Origin: Convolutriloba macropyga | Taxonomy: Eukaryota | Direction of reading: 5' to 3' | NCBI RefSeq assembly: GCF_964194025.1 | Contig: NC_134479.1 | Coordinates: forward strand, 2,356,001 to 2,420,000 | DNA: 64,000 nt | Part shown: in pieces, positions 35,146 through 49,451 of the stretch | Numbering within the stretch: the stretch's first letter is position 1 | Layout: each line of letters opens with the position of its first letter | The notes under the pieces: generated by a model | Databases searched by the model: none | The model's input: the letters and a program-made list of their open reading frames with translations, nothing else | What the model was told of the DNA's origin: nothing | Position numbers and translations under genes: made by a program

Positions 35146-35345
35146 NNNNNNNNNNNNNNNNNNNNNNNNNNNNNNNNNNNNNNNNNNNNNNNNNNNNNNN
35201 NNNNNNNNNNNNNNNNNNNNNNNNNNNNNNNNNNNNNNNNNNNNNNNNNNNNNNNNNNNNNNNNNNNNNNNNNNNNNNNNNNNNNNNNNNNNNNNNNNNN
35301 NNNNNNNNNNNNNNNNNNNNNNNNNNNNNNNNNNNNNNNNNNNNN
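35146..35345. other. Assembly gap (200 N)
   Basis: Run of exactly 200 N, typical of a fixed-size scaffolding gap. Confidence 0.99.
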
Positions 35346-36199
35346 AGAGAGAATGATAGAGAGAGCATAGATTTATACAAACATCAAATAAACTTTAAAT
35401 CTAAATGTTAAAACAGAAAAAATGTACAAAAAAGACATTAAAATTAAATATGACATTGAATCGAGGTACTGCGCCCCAACCCTGCAGTTACAGCTACAGT
35501 TATTTGGGAACCCATTAATCACTACCGAATGTTTTGTCATGGTACGGTCGCAGGATCGTTTTATTAATTTTCCAAATCGCTTTTTTCATTGAAATACTAA
35601 CAAACAACGAGTCCAAAATGGGTCATCTGCACAGAGCAACACTATTCGGTTCTAGTATTATTTATACGATGAATCGGCACTCGAACTAATATGTTTATAT
35701 AACTGTTGTATCCTGATTTTAAAGCCTAAGTGCGTTATAATGGTAGTGCTAGATAAACCCAAAACTTTTACCGAAATATTCTACAAATAGCGTTACAGAT
35801 TGGTGCTGGAAAAATGCGAAACCTTTTAGTGCCAGCAAGTTGCGGCAGTAGACTTAAAATCTTTTAGTCCAAATCTAATAGAGCAGAATTGATCCTCAAA
35901 ACATTTAAAACCTTTTTGAAAAATTTCAAGTTTTCTTTTAACAGGTCGAGAAGCAATGACGAGACAATTGTTGAAACCGTTTTTTTTACTACTCATAAAG
36001 CGGTATTGTGATCTTAGTTATCAATCCGTTGAGTGCGGGAGAGAAAAAAAGAGATAGAGTGTACATTAGAGAGAAGGAAAGATAGAGTAAACAACACCTA
36101 ATTTTTCAAACTTTATGTAAAGTTTAGAGGTATAGATGATAATAAATGGCCATCTTGAATTGATGCATCATCAACAGGCTCCGGGGATAGGAAACCCAT

Positions 36200-39100
36200 C
36201 ATCTAAACCAAAGAAGGGGTGAATGATGCAACCAAGAGACCAGAGGGTAGCTGGCGTTGACTAGATTTCCGTTCCGAGAAAAAAGTGAGCAAAAAACGGC
36301 TAATCAGCCGAAACACGTGCGAGACCGGCAACGGGTCGGACGTACGTACCGTAAGCTTGACAACGCATACAGATCCATCTTTTCCAGGCAACGTTGCCAC
36401 AATTCGTCCCAGAGGCCATATCCCACGCGGAGTGAGGTCTTTGAGGATCCACAGCAGGTCATTGACTTTCAACGAAGCACCCTGTTCGGACCATTTGCTT
36501 CGCTTCGTTAAAGTGGGAAGGTATTCTTTAACTAGGAGTCTCCAGACGTAGCTCATAAGCTGCTGCACGTTTTTCCGGAAATTGAAGGATGCTGGCATGG
36601 TTGATAAAAAATCTCCTGGTGGCAGTGAATTGTAAGGTCTCTGCACCAGAAAATGATTTGGGGTGATGGCTTCTTCATTGTCTGGTACGTCAGCCACATG
36701 AGTAAGTGGCCGAGAGTTCAGCATACTTTCGGTCTCAACCATGATGGTGTGGAGGACATCTGATGTAAGCCTCTGCTCATGAAAACGTAGCAGTATGCCA
36801 AGTAAGCTGTTCAAGGGATCTGATCACGTTAGGAGGTTGCTGTTCAATGACTGTCCTCGATACTTTGAAGCGGCATTTGACGCCCGTCGAGTTTTCCCGG
36901 TTTGTTTGGATTTTGAACAAGATGATGAGACCGGTACCAATTTCTTTTAGGTTCACGTTCTGTCATTTCGACTGGTTTTATGTAATTTTTCACTAAATCT
37001 GTTGAAAGCGTTTTATCGTATTTTTCTTGCAGCGTGGGATTATTACCTAGTCTTTTCTCCACGCACTGCAGTCGATTAAAAGCACAGTATTAGTTGTTCT
37101 CCAAAAGGCAAAGTGTTTTCCAGGGAAAATCAATTTCATATCGCTCAGAGTTATGTCAGATAGTTTTCGGAAAAACTTTTCAGGTCTTCATCTGAAAGAA
37201 CAGAACCGTTTTCATGGATTCCTTCATTTTCAATTTTCCAGAATTGCTCGACTAATTCACTTAAATGTGGTTCTTCCGTCTGCTGTCTTGAAACATGCTA
37301 AACGTATAGTTTGGTTGTTGTTGAGTGATGGTTAAATGTAGATTCTGAAGGATTGAGAGAAATTTCATACTCCCCAGCTAAAATTCATCCTAAGTTTGTT
37401 TTTACACCAAACGGTTGATTTATGTTTCCGGGTATTACTTCGATTGGATGAGTGTCAGCAAAAGTGTTTACACCTAAGAGGGCTCCAATTTTGCCACCAA
37501 CAACGTGAGGGAAATGGATTTGGCGGAGATTACTAAAAGTGTCACATATTTGATTCAACTCAAATATGTTGGCTGGTGTGACGTTCATTGCTGGCGTGCT
37601 GTATGCACATGATTTCTTTGGAGTTTAGTTGATGTTTACGCTTCGCATGGAAGTGCTAGAAAGTTTGTTATAGTGTCAAGCAAGAAAGTGAACGGGCTGC
37701 CATGATCTATGAGTGCATACGTATCAAAGGCATTGTTGCCCTTGACCAAAGACACCGGCATCAGCGGTAGTTGTTCAAGCCAGTCTTTCGGAGGAGACAG
37801 ATTTTTATTTACGCAGAGGCGTTGATTATTTGAAGGAGAATCGAGGTTACTCCTCTGAGTATTTGATTCTTTCGTTTTACCAAAAGATTGTCCATAGCAA
37901 CAGTGTTGTTGTTTGTTTTGGCTTGGTGACACTTCATTTGATGAATGCTTAGTAGGACTAAAGGAGCAGATTCTGTGGAGAATGCTGCTGGCGGTCCTTT
38001 CTTTTGTTTTGAAGGGTCGTCTAGGGTAGAATGATGTAGGCCGTTGCGGGACTGGCAGTTTTTTTGTGAAGAACAATTTTTTCTGAGGTGATTATTGCTC
38101 AAATATTTCGTGAATTCGTGCACAATTTGTTTTTGATAACGATTCTATATCAGTCTTGTGGTGATGGCTTTTGGTAGTCGGGACAAGTTGCCAAAAAATG
38201 GTTATTATTGCAATGGGGGCAATGTCGGTTGTTTTGCTGTTTTCCGTTGGTTTTCGTGTTGTTTGAGATCGTCACCGAGGATGACCACTCCCTATTAGAA
38301 GTGGTTATTTGTGGTTTAATTGCAGGCTGCAAATCAGCTTTAGATTTGTCTTTGCCAAATAGGGTTTGGTTACTTAATTGTGATGACGGTTTACAGTGAG
38401 CCATCGGAACACTAAAGTCTTTGACGTTGTCTATGTTGTTTTGTTGTTGTTTAAATGACGCAAAGATTTGCTCGCGATTGATGGTATCGTAGATTTGAGC
38501 ATGAAGTTCTAAAAATTGTTGAAAGGAACGAAGTGACGCTGGTTCAGCTGTTGTTAAGAGCCTATGTTCCGTCCATTTCAACAGAACATCATAAGGCACT
38601 TTTTCTTTCGCTTTTTTGAACAATGTGGAACTCTGGAAGCCAAGGTATTCAAATGTTTGAAATCAGCGCTTTAGAAAGTATGAGAATGCGACAAATGATT
38701 TTTTTATTATTTGAATCAGTGGCGTGCCATGACTCGCGTTGATTTATAAAGGCACCCACTACAACACTTGGGTCTCCAAAATGGTTCATCAGTTCATTTA
38801 GAGTTGTTTCATAATAAGCTGGTTTACAGGAGTACGACTCAATGATTTGTTTTGCTTTTCCAGAGACTGAGTTCTGGAGATACGTGATCCAATGTGTGTC
38901 AGTAATACCAGTACTATTATGAACCATAGAAAAAAAATTGTTAATTCATTCATGGTATCGCAGAGGGTTGCCATTGAAGTGCGGCAGTTACGGTGGTGGT
39001 AGTTTGATTGCTTGCTTGTTAGTTACAACGTTGTCGGCAATATAGCTTTTGCCTAGGTTGTCTGGAACTGGTGGTGGCAGAAATTTTGGTAAATGAGCCA

Positions 39101-40000
39101 AATGAGAAGGTTTTGGGTTGCTATTATCATTATAAATTGCAACTGTTGGACCAGGCAATTGGGAAATTTCTTTTTGGTAGTTATTGCTGTTGTTATAAAA
39201 CGTTGTGGCAGGGGTCTGTGGTTCATTTGTGAGTGATCTGTGTTCTTTTTGCCTGAATTTGGTTGACCTAGCAACTGCTTCACCGGTGCAGAATTACAAT
39301 CATTAATTGTTTTTGCCTTGTATTGTTGTACAAAATTATTTGGCTCGATGTTATTCTCAATCTCATGGTGTAAAATCTGCCATGACTTTGAGCTTCCAGC
39401 TGTCTGATCTTCTGTATTGAGCGCAATGTTCCTCGTTGCGACTGAGTTCACGATGTTAAAAGGATGGTTTAACAGCTCTCCATTTGCATCATATATATTG
39501 TTCCACTTTTCGTTTGACGTCATTCGGTTTTGCGAAGTACAAGGGTTTATTTGAGTATTCATTTGAGAATTGGACACCGGTACTTTGGGATAACTGTTCC
39601 CTACTTGAGAAGATATCGTAGTTTCCGCCATAGTACCAAGAGGAAACTGATAATTGTGAATCTTTTCTGTACTCATTGCGGTTTGCTGTACGTTTTGAGT
39701 TTGAATTTGACACACTTGCTCATTGAGACTTTGTACATTGATGTCAAAATCTCCAGAGTCATCTCGGGATTCATGAATTTTTGTTTTTGGTCTGACAACT
39801 GCCGGCACTGTATGTTAGCCACTTATATTATCTCTTGTAGTGGAAAGAACTTGCAATTCCGATTGATTCTGTGCAGTAAAAATTTCTAAACCGATCTGTG
39901 TTTCACGGTTTCTCAAAAAAACTTGATCAATTTGTTGCGCTTGAATTACTAAAAAGGGGTCCTGCGGTTGTTCATATGGCCGTGTTATCTGTTAAATGGC
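36200..40000 (-). mobile_element. Bel-Pao LTR retrotransposon remnant, frameshifted and internally deleted
   Basis: Gag (LPHFNGNP, YLQNSVSGKAK, CPHCNNNHFLATC), protease YALIDHGS, RT start HHLVQNPNKPGK, then directly the integrase end ESMLNSRPL...WRLLVKEYLPTL...PRGIWPLGRI; no LTR identified. Confidence 0.88.
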
Positions 40001-40012
40001 ACTAGGGGAGAT

Positions 40013-43000
40013 TGTTGTAAAAGTTGACATGTTGGAGTCAATGTTGATTGACAATCAACATAGAAAAGAAGAATTTATTATGAAAATAAAGTAAGACTGA
40101 AATACTCATTTCTGATTGTTTAAAAAAGTAGAAATACCTTTCCGTAAATGTTTACCAGTTTTCCCTTCCACTCTACCCCTTAGTTGGTACAGATCAGAGT
40201 CAGACCTGATATAATAATAAAATATATTTCTCTCGCTCTACTCCGCTCTTGTTTAGTTTTGAGATATACGTCAAACTTTAGCGTTGGGGCCCGTGCACTG
40301 TCTACTGAAGCTCAGATAGAAGAGTGACAGGCTAGAGATATAGAACTTTAGTTGGTCAGGTAAACCATAAGATTATCCAATAGTCTTGAGACACCATAAG
40401 ACCTCAATGGAGTAACCTCACAAGGTAACGCTACTCGAGACACTTCTTATCTGGTGCGACCAGTTGATCGCGTTCCGAACTAAAACAAACCAAACCAAAA
40501 ACTCTAAACCTCCATAACGGATTATTATTGATAATCAGATCACTTAACCAACATATAAAAAATACTTTAATGGCAACCAGCCATCAACAACAGATAACTA
40601 CCAGTCATTTCCTAACACCATTTACAATTGCTAACGACTGCCCGCAAAAAACCGCAAAGTTATTTATAGAATAATAATAATTTTGAAGAATAACCTCCTC
40701 AAAGAAACAAAACATATACAACAAATTAACATTCATAGAAATCGTTTGGCACACTACATCCCAACAATATTATTAGATAGAGATCAACTTAACAAACTTT
40801 ACACATTTACCTTAACAAACAAAAAAGCAAACAAAAAAATCTTCTATAACTTTCAGAATGAAACAACACTACCTAATATGTTCAAAACATTTTTAACAAC
40901 ACATGAAGAATCACAAGATAGAACAAAATTAACAGCAATACCAACTACAACATACGAAATATTACGAAATACAACAAATTATTTAACTAAAAAACAGAAG
41001 CCAATAACATCGGTAAATGACAAACACCGAATGGACATAATAAATTATAGCAAATGGTTAACAAAAATTATAGAACTCAAATCAGAACTGAACACAGCAA
41101 AAAATCAGATATAATAAGAATTATATCAGAATTCACATTCTTATTTTGGCTAGATAATTTTGAGCACATTAATGACAAAAGAATATAAATTGGAGAAACA
41201 TTTCAAGAAGAAATCGCTAATCTATGTGATGAACTCAAGAACCATTGGAACCGTGAGTACTATTCACCACACTTTGAAAGTACACTAAAAATAAGCTCAG
41301 ACAGTTTGAATTACATAGAGGGAATAGATAATTATGTAAAGATTAATGACCAAGGACAAACTGGAACTATATCATTTAATTTATCAAAAAGCCTAACATC
41401 AACGTCAACGCCAAAAGATGTTCAAGTAAATACAAGTCTACAGTCAAAACAAAAATCAGCAATAAAACCAGACAAACATCAAATCTATTCGGATATCAAA
41501 AGAGCACACCTGATGATGATATATACATTTCGGATACAGAAGACAAAGAACTTAAATTAGGAAAATGTCTACCACCATCAGTAAACCAAAGGGTAAGAGA
41601 AAAAGATCAAATTCAAACACAAAATCACTACAATGAAAATAATACTTACATTGGTTCATTGATTTATAACCGTGAACATCAAGATATGTACTTGGAACAC
41701 CAAAACCATAACTATAGAGAATTAAAGGACGAAATAACAGGAAAAGTAACAAATCATACAAACAAACTAATAGATAATTTAGAAAATAAATTAAGACAGA
41801 TACATGAAAACATAGAACGAAAACAAGAAGAAGCACTTGAAACAATGTTTAATAGACTCAATAGAACACTGGACGACATTAATAGACAAAATAATATAAG
41901 AACAGAAACCTGAAATTTAGAAAACAACAATATACAACATAAAAGAAAACCAGAAACTCAAACACGAAGAACTAATTCAACCATAACTGAAGAAAGAGAA
42001 ACAACAGTTACAGAACCTCCATTACCATTTCATAAACAATTGACATCAATGAGTATAAATGAAGAACCACAAATAGAACAAAACATAAGTAGTGGTTCAG
42101 TACCAAGAACAATAAGACCATTTGATGGTACCGACCCAGCAAACACTGTTGAAGAATACTTTAACAGTATTGTGGCAGCAATGATATTTATTAGCAGCAT
42201 AGAACCAGTAAACAAACCAGGACATCACCAATGGAAAGTAAAAAGAGCAGCTTTAATTCTACACACATTACAAGGACCTGGTCAAAAGTGGTATTCCACT
42301 CTTCCAAGTGAAACCAAATTGGATTGCAAAATACTCTGTAAAAAATTGTCAGACGTTCGACTCAGAAAAATCAAAACAACAAGCAAAAATAGTCTTGCAA
42401 CAACTACAAAAACACGAATGAATCGTTACGATCATTAGCATTGAGAATAGAAACACTCGTAAAGACAGCATATTCGCTCTTTACAGAAGATTATAGAAAT
42501 AGTGTAATGAATCAAATATTCATTAGATGTCTAGATAACGAATTAAAAACAGCAGCTTCGAAAAAACACGCAAACCATAAACAAACGGCAAGAGAACCCG
42601 AAATGACCTTTAAAACATTAGTTAATAAAATAGACCAAATGGACTTAACGAGAACGATAACAAATAATCACAAAAGCTTATATGAAGTCAATCAGATCAA
42701 CAGTCAATGAAGATCTAAAACAGATGAATGCAGCTTGTAATAATATCAACGATCTTAACCAAAAGGATTTGGAACATTTTGAAGGAACAATCTGTAACGT
42801 AATCAACGGAATTAGTAACACATGTGACAGAAAAAACTTTAAAGGAAAATCAAAGTTTGCACTCTTTTGCCGCTATTGCAGTTCACATAGACACACAAAA
42901 GGCAGATGCTTTAAAAGATCACGACAAGAAAGCATAACACGACCAAAAGATAAATCATTCTATGGACACATGAGAAATAACCAGAACTTACCAAACAGAA

Positions 43001-46000
43001 AAATTGACTCAAACAATGTCAATGGACGACAACTACCATCAACATCGCCCGTCTATAATAATTCACGGAGCAGAACACCATATAGATCACAATGACGGAA
43101 TGGGTACAACAATACTTCAAGTAGTAGAGATAACAGAAATTACCAAGGATATCGAAGATCTAATAACAATCACAACGATAGAAGCGAAAGTTACAATAGA
43201 AACGATTACAATAGAAGTACAAATAACAGTTACAATCGAAATAATCACTATAGACGATACAATAATAACAGATCAAACTCCAGATACACAAATCGCAGTA
43301 ATTCGAGACAGAACTCGCCATACAACAGAAATAATAATAATAACTATAAAAACAATAAATATAGCAGACAAAGACAATACAGCAAAGACTCAAACAGAAG
43401 TGATAAATACAGACAAAGATTAAACAGTAACAATAGACATTATTCGAACAGTGATAACAGAGATAATAGAAGAAGTTCATCGAACAGGGAACAGAACAAC
43501 AGATACCATTCAAGAGATCGAAGAACAGATGGGAATAATTACAACAATAACAATAAAAACAGAATAAGCAGCATAGAGGCACAAACGCAAAAAGATGACC
43601 CGCCAGGAATCGATGAAAACGACTACACATCAGAATCATCTAATGAATATCAAGAAATATTAGATAAATTCTACAATGCACACGAAGATACATGCAAAAC
43701 CGTAATAAATACACTAGAAAGTAACCCAACTTGGATACTACCAATGTACCAGTGTAACAGACTTTACAAAACAAAAACCAATATTGGAAAATGATTTCCT
43801 CTTAGGTTCAGGAGCAACATTAAACATCTTAAACGAAGATACATGGAATGAAATAAAATACAAAAATCCTGAAATACACCTCGAAAGAGCTCACAAAACA
43901 CTTAGAGCAGCCAATAATACAACTATAGAAACATTCGGAACAGTAACACTAAATTTAACTCCCGAAAAACATCAAAGAGCAGAAATAAATTCAATACAAT
44001 TTTAATATTTATTTCTATATAACACAATGCAATCATAATTTTCTCGTAACTTCATTCTTCAAAGAATATATAGAAACCACAAATGTAAATTCGAATAAGC
44101 TAACAATCAATACCAACACAATTTAGATAACAATATTATTTTCTTCATGAATAGCACAAAAGGGTATCCTTACTATTCTCGACTATATCCAATTTTTAAC
44201 AAAGAACCGATATATTTTGAACGGGACCAACATAAATGTATAACCTTTCCAATACCTATATTCAAACAAATGGAAAAATCAAGTGGAAAAACAGTTTACG
44301 GATCAATCCACTATTTTGAACCAATAAACAAATACCAAAATTTATAATTCGCACATATCAAAGATCTGTCACTAGAAAAAGAACACTTCATCGACATATT
44401 CTTAATCAATAATAACCAACATAAAATAACAATAAACGAAGGATTAATTGGTTTCATGTATCAAAACATCACATTCAAAAAACAAAACGAAGAAATGTAC
44501 CAGGCAAACTTGATAGATTTTTTTTCAGAATTGTATTATCTAACATATGAAAACGAAAATGACATCACTGAAGTATTGAATATACAAGAAAATGAAACAA
44601 TTGAACAAGTCGCAACGTTTGAAAGAAAACCTAATTTCAAATGTAATTTCAATATTAGTAAATATACAGAAACAGACAAAGAATTGATCCAAGTGTTCGA
44701 TTTCCAACATTCATACTTAACGCAAGAAGAATTTGAAAAAGTAATAACAATCAGGTTAACATATAAACAAGTTTACACAACGACAAAATTCGATGTCGGA
44801 AAAACAAAAGTGAAATTGAACCTTCCTATGAAAAAAGACGCCATATTCAAAAAACAAAGAATCAGTAAAGTTCCAATACACTTTAGAGGAAGAATCCAAA
44901 AACTTTAGACGTATTTAAAACAATACGACATCATTGCACCTGTCAATAAAGAACAACTATCAACGGGAAACACATTCACAAATCCAGTAATATTATTACG
45001 AAAATGAGAATCCTTAAAAATAGTATTAGACGCCAGATACCTGAATAGCATGATAGATGAATCAAAATGCAACTGGCCCATTGAACCTGTTGATGTAGCC
45101 CTAACACGAATAAATGGAACAATATTTAAAACAGCTGATCTTAATAGTGCGTACAACCAGATACCATTAGACGAACAATCAATGAGATACACTCATTTCA
45201 CAATTGGCAATGAACAATACTGCTTTAAACGTTAATACAAAAATGAAAGCACTCCAAAGAAACCTTGGAACAATAAACTTCCTTGCAAAATATGTCTATG
45301 GTATGCAACTAACACTACAACCATAGTATAATCTTCTACACAAAGAAAGTGATTTCAAATGGACAAAGGAATATCAAACAATCTTTGAAAAAAAGAAAAG
45401 AACAATAACACACAATTTAGAGATAACAATGCCTGATACTACAAATCCATTCTATACAATAACAGATGCTGCAGATACAGGCATCAGAGCAGCGTTATTA
45501 CAACAACATCCCACTGAGAGGAAAATGAGATTAGTGTCTGCAAATTCAAGACTATTTACACCCATAGAAATACGACTTTCCACACTAATTCGAGAATGCT
45601 CAGCAATAATCTTCGCTCTAACAGAATATGAGTTTTTACCAACAGGCTCAGGCCACCCAATTGAACTATTTACAGATCACAAACCAATCATTTTTCTTTT
45701 TACTCAGAAGATTAAACCAAATCACAGAGTTTACCGATTTCAATTAATACTGATGAAATTTCCTAACTTACACATTATTTGGACAGAGGGAAAGAACCTG
45801 GCCCTCCCTGATCTTTTGAGTAGAACATTTGATGAAGAACATTTTACAAAAACACGTGATATAACAGTGGAAATACTAGAAAACATAAAATTGTTTTTCG
45901 CAAAAACACCATTTGCAAACAACCTAGAATGCCAATACAGTATATGTAATAACACGAATGACGAAAAGTCAGAAAAAACACCTTACCCAGTATTAGCTAA

Positions 46001-49000
46001 CATACACAAAACTACTTTGAAATAAACATTGATAAGAACGAATATCACCCAATCTCATATGAGAAGTACAACACAGAAACTAAAACAAATTTGATACCAA
46101 GATATAAACCAAAAATAAAAAATTGGCAATCCCCAATTGTAGAAAAAGATGATCTCATTTTTGAGAAAAATCAGAAAAGACCATATACAACACATCACGA
46201 CGATGACTATCTCAGATTGATAAATACCATTAATAAACAACAAAAGATGGATTACGAAGATGCGAAAATATCAGATATCTTCGACGACGAAAAAACAAAA
46301 ATAACAAAAGAGTTAATTAAAGAAACACAAATTTTAGACCCTGTACTTCACAAATTAAAAATGTGGAAAAAAACATAACAATAAACCACAATGAGTAACA
46401 ATGGATATTCGTGGAAACAAAGGATTATTCGCCTACTTTAGAAAATTCAAATCAATCGTAATTGATGAAACATCTGGAATAATCAAAGTAGTCATAAATA
46501 TACGTAAGAAATCAATACAAAAAATCTGTTTAACAATAACACTGTTACTTTGTGTACCTTTTACGAAAATCATTGTTTTGACCTAGTTGGTCACAAAGGC
46601 CTTGAAAAAACAAAACGCAATATAATGGAAAAATACTATTTTCCATCCTTAACACTCGGATAAAAATATTAATAGCCGATTGCATACAATGCCAAACAAA
46701 CAAAATGTTTGCGAATACGAAATCAAAAAGCAAACAAGAACAACTAGCATCAACAAAAACATATTTCAACAAAATGATAATGATTGATACAAAAAGACCT
46801 ATAAAACCAACATCTGAGGGAAATAACTACATATTTGTCATAGTTGACGCTTTCTCACATTACGCAACGATAATGTGTGCACCAAAAAATAATGCACAAT
46901 ACGCATTTACAGCATTATTTGAATATTGGTTAATGAATTTCGGACTACCCGAAGAAATAGGATCAGATAACGGATCAGAATATCTTAACACAGAGTTAAC
47001 ACATCTATGTAATTACTTTGAGATAAAATTAAAACCAAGTATAACTTAAGCACCTTTGACAAACGAATTAGTAGAGGGAAGGAACAGAATAATTGGACAA
47101 TTCATTCGAACACTACTAAATAAAAGTTACAATAATTGGTCAAGAAAAACAAAATTCTCCCCCTATGCATACAATACAGAATACCAAACACGACTAGGCA
47201 TGTCACCATATGGAGTCGTTTTTAATCAAAAACCGCAAAAACCAACAAAGATAAAACTCGGAACAACAACAGACGAAATGGGAAACTGCAATCCAACTGA
47301 AACAAGTGCATGTAACACACAACCAACACACACTCACCTAGAGAAACAATTTAATCACTCAAAGATTGCGAAACTAAAGAAAGGAACATACGCCAAATGG
47401 TTCCCTGATAAAGAAAAACATTACAATGACACATATCAGACTATCACAAAAATTCTAAAAAACAGAGAAAAGTTAACAGATGAAATGAATCTCAGATTCA
47501 GAACAGCAAAACCACTTGAGAAAAATACTTTGTATTGATAACAAATCAACAACAAATTGATGGAGTTTCAAAGAAATTATTACCACTAAAAACAGTACCG
47601 TACCTCATTGTAGATAAACCTACGGAAACAACATACATATTAAAAAACCACAATAAAGAACATATAACAATACACAGAAATCATATTGTACCATAATATC
47701 CTAAAAAGAAACATATAAAATTAGAACTGCAAAACTACCTCCTCACAACAGAAGTTCCAACGTTAAAACAACCAAAATTAACTGATAAACGAAAATCAGA
47801 AATAAACCAACCCGACACAGGGACCACTCAACCATACAATCTCCGTAAAAGGAAAATAACATTAAAATAATTATAAGATAAAACTTTTTTATCATTTTCC
47901 AATAATCTCTCATTTTCCTTACATCACTATGCTATAATTTATAACATCTTATTCAAATTTTCGAATATTAACATTCACACCTTAATATGTATAATATTCA
48001 CACCTTACACCCCACTATGTGTATATGTTCATCGTACACTCATAGATAAACATTCAATTGTGTACACTGATATTCAGTTTTACATTTCGCATTTTACTAA
48101 TCAAACATTTATCCTTATGTACGACCACTCTTATGTACATTCAGTATTCTACATTTAGTGATACAGCCTCCTAACCCGACCCTTGCTGTGCATATCCCCA
48201 GAATATTAAAACAAAATGAAAAGACATATATATTAAAAGAAATCAAACAACAATAATATAATCAGTAAAAATAATGAACACCAAACTAGAAAGTGTTAAA
48301 ATACCTAACCACTCACCTCCAATACACTGTAAATGTAATACCTAAATACCTTCCTGATAACCTTGTTGAATAACTACCGGATTCATAAATAATACGGTTT
48401 AATGAACACTTTAACATCTACCCAAGAAACTGTTTTATAAAACATTAACACCTTCTAGCAATACAAAAATAATTTTTAAAACAATCATTTATCAGTTTTG
48501 CACTGCGAATTACAGATTAAGTAATCTTACGCACGACAGGGCGCAGCCATTAAATGACAACAAAAAACCATCTTCAGATAGACGTTTTCTGGAAAAAGCC
48601 TAAACCGGACTCTCCTCTTCAATGAGAAAAAGGTGAACACAATTCAAACTTGCTATATTAGCAAACAAAAGTATAATCTCAGACGCATTGTTTGTCCCGA
48701 AGTTCGAAAATTTTACGACTGCCATTGGAACCCTTCAAAAAAGAAACGATACCAGCATCATTTGAACATCAGAACGATATTGCAATGCGAGAAACGCGCA
48801 AAAAAATGAAGTGGTAAAACAAGTGTCAAATGCATAGCCAATAAATAATAGCTAATTTTTTTGTGTACGAAGCTATCAATCCAAAACTATTATTCAGAAG
48901 ATATTATCTCGAAATTTTGCTCAAAATTCGGGTCTCCTGGAATTTTTGTGATCCGCAGAATCGCGCTCAAGTTCTTAATTTCAAGCATAGATAACGAAAC

Positions 49001-49440
49001 TCAGTTTCGTTTGACGATACACAGTTCCCAAAACCGGGCACTTCTCCAAAAAATCACAACCAAATCCTCTTCGATTTTTATTACTTTCTTATCTTCTTCC
49101 TATTCTTCTTCAACCTCAATTAACAAATTATCAAACACAATATACTGTCCTTGTTAGACAAAAGAATTCATTGAAAAATGAGAGTGCTAAAACGAAGCCC
49201 ACTGAGAAATGTTTTTTCGGCTTCTAAAGAACAAATTAGGAAACATTAGACCACAATGAGCTTAATGAAACACACCAATGCGGGTGTTGTTGAAGAGTTC
49301 TTCAAGATCATTGATCGGGCAGACCAATTTCTGACCAATGGTGAAACCGGATAAGAGTAAAACCATTTGGATTTGAAGAGGCAGTGAAAATTATGAACAG
49401 TGAAAACTGATATTAGAACCTTTTATGTGAAAACTGCATA
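40013..49440 (+). mobile_element. Decayed Ty3/Gypsy LTR retrotransposon; putative 5' LTR 40013-~40450, no matching 3' LTR found; 3' boundary approximate
   Basis: TGT start, PBS-like TGGTGCGACC at 40452; Gag PFDGTDP and knuckle CRYCSSHRHTKGRC; protease FLLGSGAT; RT IVLDARYLN and DLNSAYNQI; RNase H TDAADTG..FTDHKP; integrase GHKG..CIQC, DNGSEY; PR-RT-RH-IN order; many stops and frameshifts; pol ends near 47870. Confidence 0.9.
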
Positions 49441-49451
49441 CAATTTGTATA

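Noticed and set aside
35110-35380. ORFs spanning the N run
   Set aside because: Artefacts of the assembly gap
43004-43639. Ile/Thr-rich and Tyr/Cys-rich ORFs
   Set aside because: Off-frame readings of the N/R/Y/S-rich Gypsy Gag tail
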